A stretch of DNA of 64,000 bases from Lama guanicoe (Eukaryota): positions 3,676,399 to 3,740,398 of the forward strand of contig MU053934.1 in NCBI GenBank assembly GCA_013239625.1, read 5' to 3'. The position numbers were made by a program, and so were the translations under genes. Below are positions 1 to 13,012 of the stretch, piece after piece (the first letter of the stretch is position 1; each line of letters starts with the position of its first letter). The notes under the pieces are model-generated. The model was given only the letters and a program-made list of their open reading frames with translations, made no database searches and was not told the DNA's origin.

Positions 1-443
1 TGATATCTACAGCACATAGTGGGGCTTTAAAATTTTTTGTTGAGTGAATGAACAAGTATTTGTTAAGTATGTGCCAGGAGCTGGAGTTAAAATTGTGAGC
101 CAAAACAGGCATGGTGTTCTGGTGGAGTTCACAAACTAGAGGGGTGGAAGGATGTCAATTCAATGTTAATTCATTGGGACACACTAGGTATCTGACTACA
201 GGTTGCACTAAGCCCAGTGAAGGGAAAGGTATGTAGTAGTGTGTGGGTACATAACAACTGGTTCCACTGCGGTAGTGGTGGGTGGGAAGGAAATTAAGCT
301 TCCCTGGGGAAATTGAAAGTGTGATCTAAGGGATGCACGGAAGTTAACTACTCTAAGCCATAAGTCATATGGGGAGAGGGGGGAACTGAGGTACAGAGGG
401 TAACTGTTACCACCGCTTTTCTTGTGTCCTTTAATGCACTGAC

Positions 444-516
444 CTCTGAGCAGCTCACAGGTCCCTGGGGTGTAAGTGGCCGGCTTGGGGCAGCGCCAGA
501 ACCCCGTTGAAGCCAT
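444..516 (-). CDS. C22orf23: C22orf23 (UPF0193/EVG1) first coding exon, [24 protein letters not shown]; the rest of the gene lies left of the window
   Basis: Minus-strand acceptor tttttccctcctcAG (exon starts at 525), ATG at 516, donor AGAG|gtcagt at 443. The peptide [11 protein letters not shown] matches my recollection of the human C22orf23 N-terminus, and the head-to-head position next to POLR2F fits the synteny. Confidence 0.85.
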
Positions 517-559
517 GGGGGGACTCTGAGGAGGGAAAAACGCAACGACACATCTCCTG

Positions 560-1330
560 TCTCTTAGGTCCAATCTCTGTTCCCGCAACCCCAAGTTTGG
601 GAGCGGGGGTCGGGTCGCAAGAGAATCGTGACACCGCGCGTCAATATCGCAACAGTGCCCGATTCTCCCACCCTCAACAGACCTCATCCTGACCTGGCGC
701 CTGTGTCAGGGAAGCCCGCTCTGGAGGAAGGGGGCGTTAGGGAAGCCGTTCCCGTTGGGTGATACGTCCAAACTAAAACCTCACCCTAAAGTAAGACCCC
801 GCCTGGGTGGCCCCTCCTCACAGAGGCTGCTGAGCTCCGGAGATCGTAACCACGTCTCTGCAGCTGCACCTGCGCTGGCGCCCCGCAGAAATACTTCTCC
901 GATCTCTGCAACTAGAGCCTGCGACTTGCTGCTCCGGCTACCATGGTAACGCGAACACGCCGCTCGACGCATGCGCTCGTTTATCGCCCCGGCCAGCCTC
1001 CCGGAAGTGATTGCCTCTGGGTCACGGCGCAGGCGCAGAGTACGCGCGGCGCCGCTCGAGGCGGAGGCGCGGTGTCTGTGGGCCTCCGCGCGGGTCTGGG
1101 GAGAGAGCCAGGTAGCTGCGGCCCAGGCGTCATGTCAGACAACGAGGACAAGTGAGTTCTGGAGCGAAATGCCTTTTGCGGAGCCTCGGAAGTGACGGGT
1201 GAAGCGGAAGCCTGGCTCGAAAGAAGTTGAGGAGCCAGGCGTGGAGGGGCAGTGTCTCAAGGGACTCGGGGGGCGCTGAGGGGGGCCGCGGAGCTGGAGA
1301 AGGGAAAGGCGGGGAACCGGCAGCATAGAC
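560..1330. promoter_or_regulatory. Bidirectional CpG-island promoter of C22orf23 and POLR2F
   Basis: Dense CpG. RFX X-box GCTACCATGGTAAC 937-950, NRF1-like ACGCATGCGC 967-976, ETS/GABP CCGGAAGTG 1001-1009. Lies between two divergent genes. Confidence 0.85.
1132..1151 (+). CDS. POLR2F: POLR2F (RPB6) coding exon 1
   Basis: gcgtcATG TCA GAC AAC GAG GAC AA|gtgagt; 20 nt, MSDNED(N). Confidence 0.97.
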
Positions 1331-1559
1331 CCGACCAGAGGCTTAGCACAGACAGGCCCTGGCTCGAGGGTCCAGAGAGGATCACTGAAAAGATACCTTT
1401 CAATAGACTTCCGCTAAGTCGGATTCTGTGTCTTGATTTGGACATACTGAGGTGTATTAGGCATAATCCCTGCTCTCCCAGTGGGATCCCTTTCTAGAAG
1501 AGGGGACATGTCCTTAGATAATACGGGGGCTTATCTGTGAATTGCATGGTAAAAGTATG

Positions 1560-2400
1560 TAGTATAGAAGTAATCCAGAGGAGAGTCTGGGGAGACTTTG
1601 AAGTGGTAAAAGTCTGGAGGCTTGCAGTAATTAGGTGAGAAAAGGTAGTGATTTGTCCCAGGGTCATAGTAGTAGAGGTAGTGAGAAGTGGTTTTGAATT
1701 CTGGATTTTTTTGGGGGAGGGGAGGAGGTAATTACGTTTATTTATTTATTTTTTAATGGAGGTATTGGGGATTGAACCCAGGACCTCGTGCATGCAAAGC
1801 ACGCATGCTACCTCTGAGCTACACCCTTTCTTCTACCCCCGGATTTATTTTGAAGCTAAAGCCAGAAAGATTTCCTGATGTATGGGGTTGGAGGAGAGGT
1901 CTATTCTGAAGAGAAAAATCGGGGAGTCCTCAGCATAAGTATATTAGTCAAAGCTGAGAAACGGGAGATCATCAGGGAAGTGTCAGTAGAGAAGAGGAGA
2001 TGGCTGAGCGTCAGAGCATCCCAACATGGAGTGCTTGAAGGGAAAAGAGGAGAAACCAGCAAAGGAGATTGAGAAGGAGCAGCCAGGGAGTTGGGGGGAC
2101 ACCAAGAGAGTGAAGTGTCCTTGCAGTCAAGTGAGGAGAGTGTTTTGAGTGAGAGGAAGTGGTCTGATGTGCCAACTGCTAGATAAGGCTAGAGGACAAG
2201 AAGAATGGTCCATTGGGTTTAGCAACGTGGAAATCATTAACATACTCGAAAGGAGTGGCTTTGGTGGAGCCATGGAGGTGGAAGTCTTTGGAGTGAAATG
2301 ATGACAGAATGGGAAGAGAAGAATTGGAAACACTGAAGACAGACAACTCTTTCATGAATTTTGCTCCCAAGGGGAGCATGGAAATAGGGCTCTGCGGGGA
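1560..2400 (-). mobile_element. LINE-2 fragments
   Basis: Purine-rich degenerate sequence typical of antisense L2; boundaries approximate. Confidence 0.55.
1709..1840 (-). mobile_element. tRNA-derived SINE (Vic-1-like)
   Basis: ttaatggaggtattggggattgaacccaggacctcgtgcatgc...gagctacaccc; antisense B-box and T-rich tail. Confidence 0.8.
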
Positions 2401-2487
2401 GGGAATAGAAAAGTAAGCTTTGTTTGTTTTTTAAAATGGGGAAATTAAATGATTTGTTAAGTGATTATTAAATGATTCACTCATTAA

Positions 2488-2673
<186 letters not shown>

Positions 2674-2973
2674 TAGTCTTGGGTTCTCCCTCTGCAGCCC
2701 TACCTGCAGATAGCCTGTCTGGTGATAACTGAATGCATCTGCCTCCCATTTGTGGTCAAGGCAGGCTCAGTTAGAGTGAGGAAAGATCTGGTCCTGGATA
2801 GGGGAGGAGCCCCTAGAGGGTGGGCCTGAAGGCTTTTGTCCACTTGGACCACAGCATGTGGCTTCTGGGGCAGTTAGTTCACTAACTGAAATATCCCCTT
2901 CATTCATTGAGCAAACATGTGCTGAGTGTTTATTATGTGCCAGGAGCTCTGCATTGGGCTCCATAAATAGAAA

Positions 2974-3099
2974 GGGGGAGGAGGTATAGCTCAGTGGTAT
3001 AGTGCATGTTTAGTATGCATGAGGTCCTGAGTTCAATCCCCAGTACCTCCATTAACAACAACAACAACAAAAAAAAAAAAAAAAAAGGAAAAAAAAAAA
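2974..3099 (+). mobile_element. tRNA-derived SINE (Vic-1-like) with (CAA)n/poly-A tail
   Basis: A-box tagctcagtgg, B-box gagttcaatccc, then an A-rich tail. Confidence 0.85.
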
Positions 3100-3619
3100 G
3101 CTGGAGAAGTAAGGGCCAAGATCAGGCAGGATTTTGTAGCCTATAGGTAGCAGGAAGCCACTGATGAGCTTTGAGCTTGGGAGTGGCATGATCCAGTTTA
3201 TACTTTAGAAGGATCATTCTGGCCTCAGAGTGAGGAAGGAATTGGAGAGGAGCAAGAGTAAAAGAAAGAGCCCAATTAGGGAGCTCTCCTAGACCTCCAG
3301 GTGAGAGACGTGGGGCTTGGACTTGGGTGCTGGTAATGTTGGTGATAAGAAAATAGATGAGATATTTTGGTGGGTTGAATGTGGGTTTGGGAAAGTGGGA
3401 GCTGATTATGGTGATTCCCAGGTTTCTGGCTTGAGTCACTAGGTGAATGAGCTTCATAAATGAAATGTCCTGTGTGACTGATGGAGGAAGAAGTGCTTTA
3501 TGTGTCCTGGAGAGAGAGTGATCCACAATTTTTTAGGCTCAGAAGCTGAAGCCCCTCTTTTCAGAATTCTTCTGTCTGCAGGACACTCTGAGGGACTTGT
3601 TCCACTGAGTCAGAAACCC

Positions 3620-4481
3620 CCTCTATCCTTCTGGTCCCTTCCATCCCTGTCCTGTTGATTCTGCCTCCTACATGTGGTTCAGTCCTATTTCTGTTTCTCC
3701 ATTCCTAGTGCCTCAGCCTGGTGTAGATTTTCATCGCTTTTCACCCACATTACTGTAGAAATTGTGCTACTGGTTTTCTGCCTTCAGTCTGCTGTTTGCC
3801 TTTCTGCTGCCAGAGTTGTCTTTTTCACCTTCCCACATGATGGATTACTGTTGGTTTTCCAAAATGGTCTCTGCTTCTGCTCTTACCCGCTACAGAATAT
3901 TCCCAACAGAGTATCCAGAGTGATCCCTGTAAATCTTAAGTCAAATTGTCTCTCCTCTGCTCAGAACCCACATGCAGTGGCTTCATCTCATTCAGAATAA
4001 ATGCCAAAACGATGTACAAGGTCCTCCATGATCTGGCCACTTGCCACCTCTGTCACCTTATCTCTTCTTGCTGTCCCTGTCATGCTAGGCAGACTCCTGC
4101 TCAGAATCTTTGATCATGCTCTTCCCTCTTCCAGGAACACTTCTCCCTTAGATATGCATATGACCTTTTCCTCATTTCCTCCAGGTAGTTGCTCAGGTGT
4201 CACCTCAACGAGGCCTTCCCTGACCATCCTATTTAAAATTGCTGCATTCCCCCCTCCTCCCACACACCACCCTTGGCTCTCCCTGTCTTTTCTCTGTTCT
4301 TATATTACACATTTTAATTATTTTAATTTTACATATTTTAATTTTTTTCTTGTTTATATCTTTTCTTATTATAGTATAAGTTCTATAAGGGAAAGGGTTT
4401 TTATCTGTCTTACTCGCTGCTCTATGCCAAGCACTTAGAATACTATCTGACACATCGTAAGCACTCAATAAATATTTGTTG
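3620..4481 (+). mobile_element. LINE-2 3' fragment
   Basis: Ends in an L2 tail-like gcactcaataaatatttgttga. Confidence 0.65.
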
Positions 4482-5281
4482 ACATTATTCTTTATTACGG
4501 AATTTATTCTCCTGCCTGCAACCCTGTATCTACCTTTTGCTCTAATCATACTCCACAATTAGTTGTCCAAACTTAGTACGTTCTCTCCCTCCTCTGTACT
4601 AATGCAGTTCAACCTGCCTGGAATGCCCTTTCCTTCCTCATTAGCTTGGCAGCGCCTCCTCATCCTTCTAGACTAGCAGTCTTAGCCCTGGACTGCATTC
4701 CTAACCCCTAGTGTGAGGTAGCTGTCCCTCACCTTCTTGGTAAGTTTGTGGCACATACTTTTATAGCACTTGATGTTTTGTTTACTCTTGTCTTTTTCCC
4801 AGACTGAATTCTTTGAGAACAGGAACTCTTAGCTTTCTGTCTCAGCACGTATTGTGATGTTCGCACATGACAGATGCTTAATAAGTCAAGTGTTAAATAT
4901 ATGAATATATGAAGATGGGGTGCTTGTTCCTCTTCCTGCAAAGGGTGATTTGTTCTCTGTGCTCAAGGACTTCTTTGTATAGAGTCAGTGTTCTAGGACC
5001 ACCCTATCTCCAGGCCCTCTGCTTCTCTCTTCCGGATGAGGAAGCTGGGTTTGGAATTCTTATCATGATTCCTCTCTTTCATTTGGTCTGAGACTTTGGC
5101 TAAGTTTGCTAACTCTCTGAGCCTCTAAAATGGGCATTGTAATCCCCACCTCATAAGGTTATTGTGAGCATTAAATGAGATGTTAATCAGGCAGTTGTGT
5201 GGTCACTGGCATGTAACAAGCGGTAGTGTAGTGCTGGGTATGACCATTGTCGTCATCCTTCTCCCCCCTCACCCCCAATAA

Positions 5282-5452
<171 letters not shown>

Positions 5453-6739
5453 TGAGTGTGTGCCTCTTCACCATCTTTTCCACCGGTCAGGCCACAAGGA
5501 GCCTCCGAGCTATTGATGTGGTCCAGCCTGGCCCCCAAAACAGACCCTCCCTCCTCTCACATGCTAGACAAGGGTGGTGCTGTCCCTGTGTGCTGGGCCC
5601 TGTGCTAGACCCCTGCCCTCAGAGTTTGTGATCCAGTGGACAAATAGGACATAAACGTCTGAGGAGTCAAACAGCAGTATAGCAGAATAGCGGTAAGAAT
5701 ACAGAGCTTGATGGTTGCCTGTCAGGTTAGGGAAGCAAAAATAAAAATATAAAATCAGCCCTAGACCATTGTGGGCTGGTAAGTTGGGGAGCCATGGCCG
5801 CACCTGTTGGGCTTAAGGTGATTCTTGATTTGACCAGACTATGGCCAGCCCAGAGGAGTGGGAGAGCCCTCTGTGCAGAGGCCACTTAGAGATGTGAAAG
5901 CACAGAGCAATGCTAGGGGTTTGGGGATTTGAAATGAGCAACCTTGCCTTTTCTCTCCCAAGTTTGGAACTAATTGAAGAATAACAAGATTCAGGGGATA
6001 GCCAGTAACAGATGGAGACCAGCATGTGCGATGCCGGCCTGCACTCCATCAGCCATAGGCATTGCAGGCATCCAGAGGCCGTCTCTGCAGGGCTGAGCCC
6101 GCCTGCTGAGGTGGTGGGCATCACGGAGGACAGATCTGAAAGTGCCCTCTCTGCAGGCAGGCAGCTTTGAGAAAGCAGGGACTCTTGAAGAGGCTGGGCC
6201 ACAGATGCCTGCTTTTCCCCAGGCTCCCCTGTTAGATGGGTTCCCCCTCCATCCTGGTGAGGAGTAAGTGGGAGGATGGAGAGGGCAGGTGTGTTACTGC
6301 TGCTCTTGTAGAAAGCCCTCCTGGGGAAACGTGAGGCCAAGGAAAGGGGCTCTCCACTGAACTTGCAAGCTGGAGTGGGAAATGGTGGGTATCTGGAGGA
6401 GGGGTTGCTTTGAGTAGGGAATAGTGGAAAACAGAAAAAATAGGAAGAAATTCTGGGGCCAGAATTGTGGAGTCATGCGTGCTGGAGGAGTGGTGGTGCT
6501 CAGTCTGCACACTGCTCCCCGCCCCTGAGTTTTCAAAGAGCCTTGGACGTTATCTCCTCCAGTCCTGTGGAGCGGAGGTGACCACTGTCCACTTCAATAG
6601 AGGGTTTTCTGGGTGGGCAACGTTGTTCCTTGCCCGTTTGGCACCAGTAGGCCTCTTGCCAGCCTGTTGCACTCCTTGCTGGTCTGCTGCACTCTGTGTG
6701 ATGATTTTGGTATCACTGGGGTCAGGATCCTCTAGGCCT

Positions 6740-6925
6740 GCACCATCAATTATGGTCACCACTGACTACATTTGACCATTTAAATTTAAGTAAAACTAAG
6801 TAGAAGTTCATATTTGGTCTCATTAGCCACATTCCACGGCCCAGTAGCCCGCTGTGGCTGCCGTAATGGATAGCACAGACAGGATATTTGCGAATCGCAG
6901 AGCGCTCTGTTGGGCAGTGCTCACG
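6740..6925. mobile_element. hAT-Charlie MITE (MER3/MER33-like)
   Basis: attagccacatt...ggatagcacaga...gttgggcagtgct pattern. Confidence 0.55.
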
Positions 6926-8579
6926 TCTGCTAAACGTGACCCAGCAGAAAGAGTACTTCATTAATTATTTTTTTCATACAAATAGACTGTATGCAAGTTA
7001 AAGTCTTTCAGCATCCAGTAAGATATTGTGCTTGCACCTGTTGTGGATGCGAAGCTGATTAAAGACACAGTCCCCCAGTCCTGCAGGTGTTCACAGCGTG
7101 GTGGGGGAGACGGACCTATTGTAAATACCCAGAACCCAGGGCAGGCAGGGTTGGTGCTTTACAAAAGGAACAAAAAGGAAAGAAGGGAGTGACTGGGGAG
7201 GCCTCAGGAAGAAATTGGAATTCAAGTGAGGACAAGTAAAGGGAGGTTTTGAACGTATCCCAGGTGCCAGAAACAGCACGAGGAAAGGTCCAGATGGAGG
7301 TATGTGTGGACTGCGGCAGGGGAGTGGCAAGTACCTTGGGGCACAAGACTGAAGAAGATGTCACTGATGCCTTGAGTGATGAGTTCAGAAGATGGGCATG
7401 CATCTGGTGTGCAGTGTGGAGCACTTAAAAGTCAGGAGGCAGGTATTCAGAACACTACCAGGTCCCAACATCCTGCTATTCTTTGGGAGCAAGGCTCGGC
7501 TCTGCTTAGTGCTCCTTCCGATTAAGGGCTAGGGTGCCATCTGGCACTTCCTCAGCTGCTGTAAGCCCTTGGACAACCAGGGCTGGAGCTTATCCTGAGT
7601 ACTGGGCATGCGATCCTGCACTTAGTAGGTGCTGAACAAATGTTTCTTGGATAGTTTTTGAATGAAGTCTCAATCCGGCTCACTGGCACCACCTGGCGGT
7701 GGCATGTTTACCACAGCCACTTCCTGGGAGCTTGTATTTTTAGAATGCTCCTAGTAATTTTGATAATTATCAGGTTTGGGATCCATTAATGTCAGTTTGA
7801 GCTGGAATCAGTAAGGTTGGCTTCCCAGAGGAAGTGGGCCTAGAACTGGCCCTGTTTGTGCTTGTTTGTTTTTAGCGCCTCTGCTGTGGGCCAAGTGTTG
7901 TGCTAGGGCATGGGATCCTGGGCCACCAGGTCTAATTTGGAAACTTCAAGCAAGAAGTTGCAGGACAGTGATACTGGTGCCGAGAAAAGTGTTTGTAAGA
8001 TGAGTCAGGGCACTGAGGATTCAGCAAGGATTCCCAGAGCGGCGACATTTGAGCAGGCCTGTAGGGCGAGGAAGTGTTTATGTAAGGATGCAAAAAGGAG
8101 ACAACAGGCTGTGTATGGGAACTGTGGTAGTTTGGTGTGGCTGGAACGTGGCGTAAATACAGGCAAGTAGCATGAGAAGGTGCTGGAAAGGTAAGCATGG
8201 GCCAGATGAGGTGTCATGGAAGGATGAGTGCCTGACTGCAGGCCCCATATAGAGGCTATGGGAGCAGGACCCTTGTGGGGGTGTTGCCTAGACAGAGAAG
8301 GAAAATGAGGCGACCTAGACCCTGAGGCAGGGCTGGGGGCTTGAGTTAGAGCAATCAGAAGGATGAGCTTTTGCACACGCTGGTCCTTTGTGCTGGAATA
8401 CTCTGCCGTGGCCTCAGGCTCAGGAGCCTGGGATGGGTCTTGGGGAAGGGCCTTGGCAGAGTTGCTGACGTGATGAATGTTGTAGGGCCCAGTGATGAAA
8501 GCTCACACTTGGAACACCTTTCTTCAGTTTATGGATCACCAGCTTTTTAATGGGAAGTGTTACAACACAGCAGGGCGGA

Positions 8580-8755
8580 GCCTTCTCCATTCAAACCTTG
8601 GCTCTGCCACTTACTGTCTGTGCGACCTTGGGCAATTTGCTGACCTCTCTGTACCTCAGTTTCTGCATGAGTGAAACGGAAGTGACAGTAGTACTTACCA
8701 AGCAGCGCATAGCACTTCCTGAGTCTGCTCGTTAGCCAGCAGTGTGTTAGCGTCA
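8580..8755 (+). mobile_element. MIR SINE (one of many in the window)
   Basis: MIR core ctctgccacttact...gaccttgggcaa...ctcagtttc. Confidence 0.7.
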
Positions 8756-8899
8756 TTGCTGTGTAGGCGCGGCAGGGCTTTTGTCTTCATTTTCAAATGA
8801 GGATACTGAGATTTGGAGAAAAATTCAGTTCTTTGGAGGCAAAGTTTAAGACTAGTCTACTGGCTCCCACTGGAGTACCCTCACTGTCAGCGCCCCTGA

Positions 8900-9136
<237 letters not shown>

Positions 9137-9476
9137 TAAGTCACCCAGATCGTGGTTCACTGTGCCTGGGAGGCATCCTTTGGGTTCTCCGCTGTACAAC
9201 CCTCCCCCTACTTCGCTGCTGGGAAGTGTGGTTCTTGTTCCTGTAGACCCTTAGTCTGCTCAGGAGTCAGCCCACCAGGGAGGAGGGGGCTGGGAGGGGA
9301 GGACATTGATGAGACATCGACCTCTTCTGTCTGTCAGAATTTTCCTGTCCCTACCGCATCCCTCTACCCTGCCGCCTCCTCCCTTCAGCCGTGGGTCCTT
9401 CCAGACCCACTGTCCCACACTTAGGGATGCAGGAGCTTTTTTGTTGTAATTCCTTTTCTACAAAGTACATTCATAG

Positions 9477-9680
<204 letters not shown>

Positions 9681-9748
9681 GCCGGCATCATCTTCCTGGC
9701 TGTGCCTCATCCCCAGTTTCTAGTCTCACATTCTTTATACGTGTAAAT

Positions 9749-9754
9749 AATAAA
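9749..9754 (+). terminator. POLR2F: POLR2F polyadenylation signal
   Basis: AATAAA about 70 nt after the stop codon. Confidence 0.85.
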
Positions 9755-10899
9755 CCCTTTGACTTTTCAAACCCCTCTGCCTCCAGCTACCTGCAAGGCC
9801 CTCTTGCTTCTTCCCTGTTACTGCCCTGCTGCTTGGAGGGTGCACCCATCCCAGTGGCCCTGTGACTGTCACTTCTTGAAGAGGCACCAGGGCCCTCCCC
9901 CCATGACCCTCCCTACATCTCGCCGTCCACCAGAGCAGAGGCGGCTGCAGGGAGACACCTCAGCTGCCTTCCCAGCAGACAGACGAGCCTTTGTGCCCAG
10001 GGAACTGGTTGCCACGGAAACCCCCAATTTCCTTTCCAGTGGGGACTGGCTGCAGGGGCTTCTCCCTTCTCAGGAGTATCAGAGAGCAGGTCTCATCAAG
10101 CCACCCATTGTTTCCTAAGGACCTACCTCGAGTCTCTTATCGTGGGCTCGGATCCCCTTTCAGGAGCCTGTGCCCCAGCAGGAAGCTTAGGGATGCAGTG
10201 ATCTCCTGCCCTCCCCAAGAGAGCCCTGCTGGGCAAGTCAGCAGCTGGAGCGAGGGCCAAGCACCTGCCCACCTCTGCCCCAACCCTGGTCCCCACTTGT
10301 TAGGCCACTCCCCGCACACTGTCCTTGGTGACCCACCTCTCTGGTCTGCCACACCCATACCTTCTCATTCCCAGCCTCTGGAAAGATGTCATTTCCCTTC
10401 TGTGTGGGGCCCTGCTCCTACAAGGCCTTCCCTAGGATGGGTGCTGGGATGATGGCGGGCAGGGAAGCAGGGCTTCTGGGTTCAAGCCGTGACATTAAAT
10501 TAGGACCAGAACTCCTCTTCCTCTGCTCTAGGTCCTAGTGGGTCCTGTTCTTACCCAGCCTGCAGAAAGACCAGTCAGTCACACTGGTTCTTCCCTCCCT
10601 CCAGGCCGGGTGGAGAGACCTCAGGGAGAGGGTATGTATTGACACTAACAGGGATAGAAGGGAAGATTGGCTCCCTCAGTATTCCAGCCTTGACCTCCAT
10701 TCTGCTGCCAGCTCCCCTTCCGGGAAGAGGAGGAGCGGGCTTGCCTGACCTCTGCAAGAGGCAGGGCGCTTGAGGGTGGGTGCACCCTGGACAGGGTGGG
10801 AGCCATGAGCATCCCCAGGAGCAGGAGGGGTGTTTGCTGCTCTGGAGAAGGGTTAATTCAGGGAGCAGTGGACTTCGCACCCCCTTCCACCCTCCTCCA

Positions 10900-11080
10900 A
10901 GCTTGTGGAATCCTTTAATCAAGTTGGGTGCTGAAATTTCAGCTCTGAAATGCCGCCTTTGTGCTGGCATCCAGGCGGCCGCCCCAGAGTACGGGGGTCA
11001 CTTTCTCGGCCCCGTTTCTCTAAATGGTCTCTTTGTTCCTGCTGGGCCGCTCAGTATCAGATGTGATTAAAGGGAGATGG
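10900..11080. promoter_or_regulatory. Candidate SOX10 downstream enhancer
   Basis: Non-repetitive; SOX motifs CTTTGT 10957-10962 and CTTTGTT 11031-11037; palindromic layout. Confidence 0.5.
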
Positions 11081-11689
11081 GGTTTGGGTGGAGGAGGAGA
11101 GAAGGGGCTGGGAGAGGGAGGGGGTTAACCCTTAGGGGATAGGGTGTAGAGGAGATGGAGAAAGGGTGTTCTTCCTCCCACCTCCCCCTTCCCATTCTGC
11201 TCCTCTTTCAAGGAATCAGTCCTTGCTTCTCAGCTGGCCAAGACTGGGCATAGTCTTCTCAGTCCTCTCCAGAAACACCTGTCCCCTTCTCTGTTTACAC
11301 TCAGAGCCCCTACTTTACTGAGGCCTGAGCACATTGGAAGCATAGGTCTAAGGCATGAGCACAAGCCAGGTCTTCCGACTTCTCCAGGGTTATTTGTTCT
11401 TTTGGGCCGCTTCCCCGCCTCCCGCGTCCCCAGTGACTTCCCAGCCGATCTTCGTGAGGTGCAGCATCCTGGAGGTGGTAGTTTCATCTTCTCAATGTAG
11501 CCCTTCCCACTCGCCCCGCCAGCTCCATGTCCACAGTCCCACTGAGCACAGGGGCAGACCGGAGGTGACAGCAGACCAGACATGGACTAATGTCCTGCTT
11601 TTCACTAGCAGGAAAGGGTGGGTTGTAAAAATTATGAGCACATAAGGTTAGTACTTATTTGTCCCTAACAAAGTTCTAGAATAGGCTAC

Positions 11690-12260
11690 TGCATGTTTGA
11701 AAACACTTGTATAATGATAGGGTTTCTAAGAACGCTGCTGAAAGTGAACCAAATACTCTTTTTTCAATGGTTATTGATCTGGTAGGTTGGGGGATTGCCA
11801 CAGACAGAGTGAACCTTGACTTTAACAAGACATCAGACAGTCTTTTCTGTGGCCAGGATGGAGAAGCATGTACTTTAAGGTGATATAATTAGATAGACTG
11901 AGAAGTGATTGGACACTCTTTCCCTGAGAGTACAGGTAACAGAACTGATGATGGAGGGGTATTTAGTGGCGCACACAGGGCCTGTCCCTCTTCCCAACCT
12001 TTTTTATTAGTGACCTGAATGAGGATATCCAAGTTTCAGAGACGTAAAACTCTGAAGGAGAGTTATAGGTTGGTTTCAGAAAATTCCAAAGGATTTAAGA
12101 TAAGTGACGAAATGGTCAAATCAAACAAGATGAAATCTGTTAAAGATCAGTATAAAATCCTGCATTTATCTCCAACACAACAAAATCAACAAAACACCAG
12201 AAAACAGCTAATATACAGTTCGGGGGTGATCTGACTTGGCCGCAGGTTTTATGCACAAGA
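11690..12260 (+). mobile_element. CR1/L3 LINE relic
   Basis: aacaagatgaaatctg...aaaatcctgcattta and ccttgactttaacaag resemble decayed CR1 RT sequence; a 3'-end-like piece lies at about 12730-12870. Confidence 0.55.
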
Positions 12261-12960
12261 GCAGGGGTTCTGCTTTGTGGCAGCCACGGTTTTGGCCAGG
12301 CGGCCTGAAGAGCTTGCAGGCCACAGCCTCCAGTTGGCAGTTTGGCCTCCCTGGGGGACTGGGCTAGTTCTTGGTGCTCCCTGTCCCACCCGAGGGCCTA
12401 ACTAGGAGGTGAGGGGCTGGAGCCCACAGGCAGAAGAAACAGATACAGAGCTGGGGATGCTGGTCTGGAGCGGTGAAATAAGCATCGCTCCAGGTGACAA
12501 GCGGAAGGAGGGCAGGTGGAAGAGATGGTGGTTAAGAGCGCAAGCCTTGGAGTCAGCTGGCTTCATATTCTGGCACTAGCACTTCTTGGCACCAACCTCT
12601 CAAAGTGTCAGTTCTCCATCTGGAAAATGGGGATAATGACTGGACCCACTCCCTCATAGACCTGAACGGTACAAAGCACTCAGCCGGGGAGTGCTCAGTG
12701 CATGGTAGCTATTAGTTACTATGAGCTGGGTATAAGGAAGGACTTCCAACCACCAGAGCTGTCCATCAGTGGAGCGCGGGGGAAGACATTTCCCCTGTCC
12801 CTGAGGTGGAGGAGCTCCTAGCCCCTGAGTGCAGGTTGGAATACTGCTGAGGAAAGAGCTTTTGGGAAGGGAGCCCTGAAGGATTAGATGGCATGTCTGC
12901 CATCCTGCTTTACGCTCAGACGTGGGCAGCTGCTATGAGGACTCGCCTGGATCCTGCACT

Positions 12961-12962
<2 letters not shown>

Positions 12963-13012
<50 letters not shown>
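12963..13012. repeat. (GT)n microsatellite
   Basis: About 25 units, one interruption. Confidence 0.98.

Noticed and set aside
2974..3055. tRNA-like A and B boxes
   Set aside because: SINE head with a poly-A tail and several related copies in the window, not a tRNA gene.
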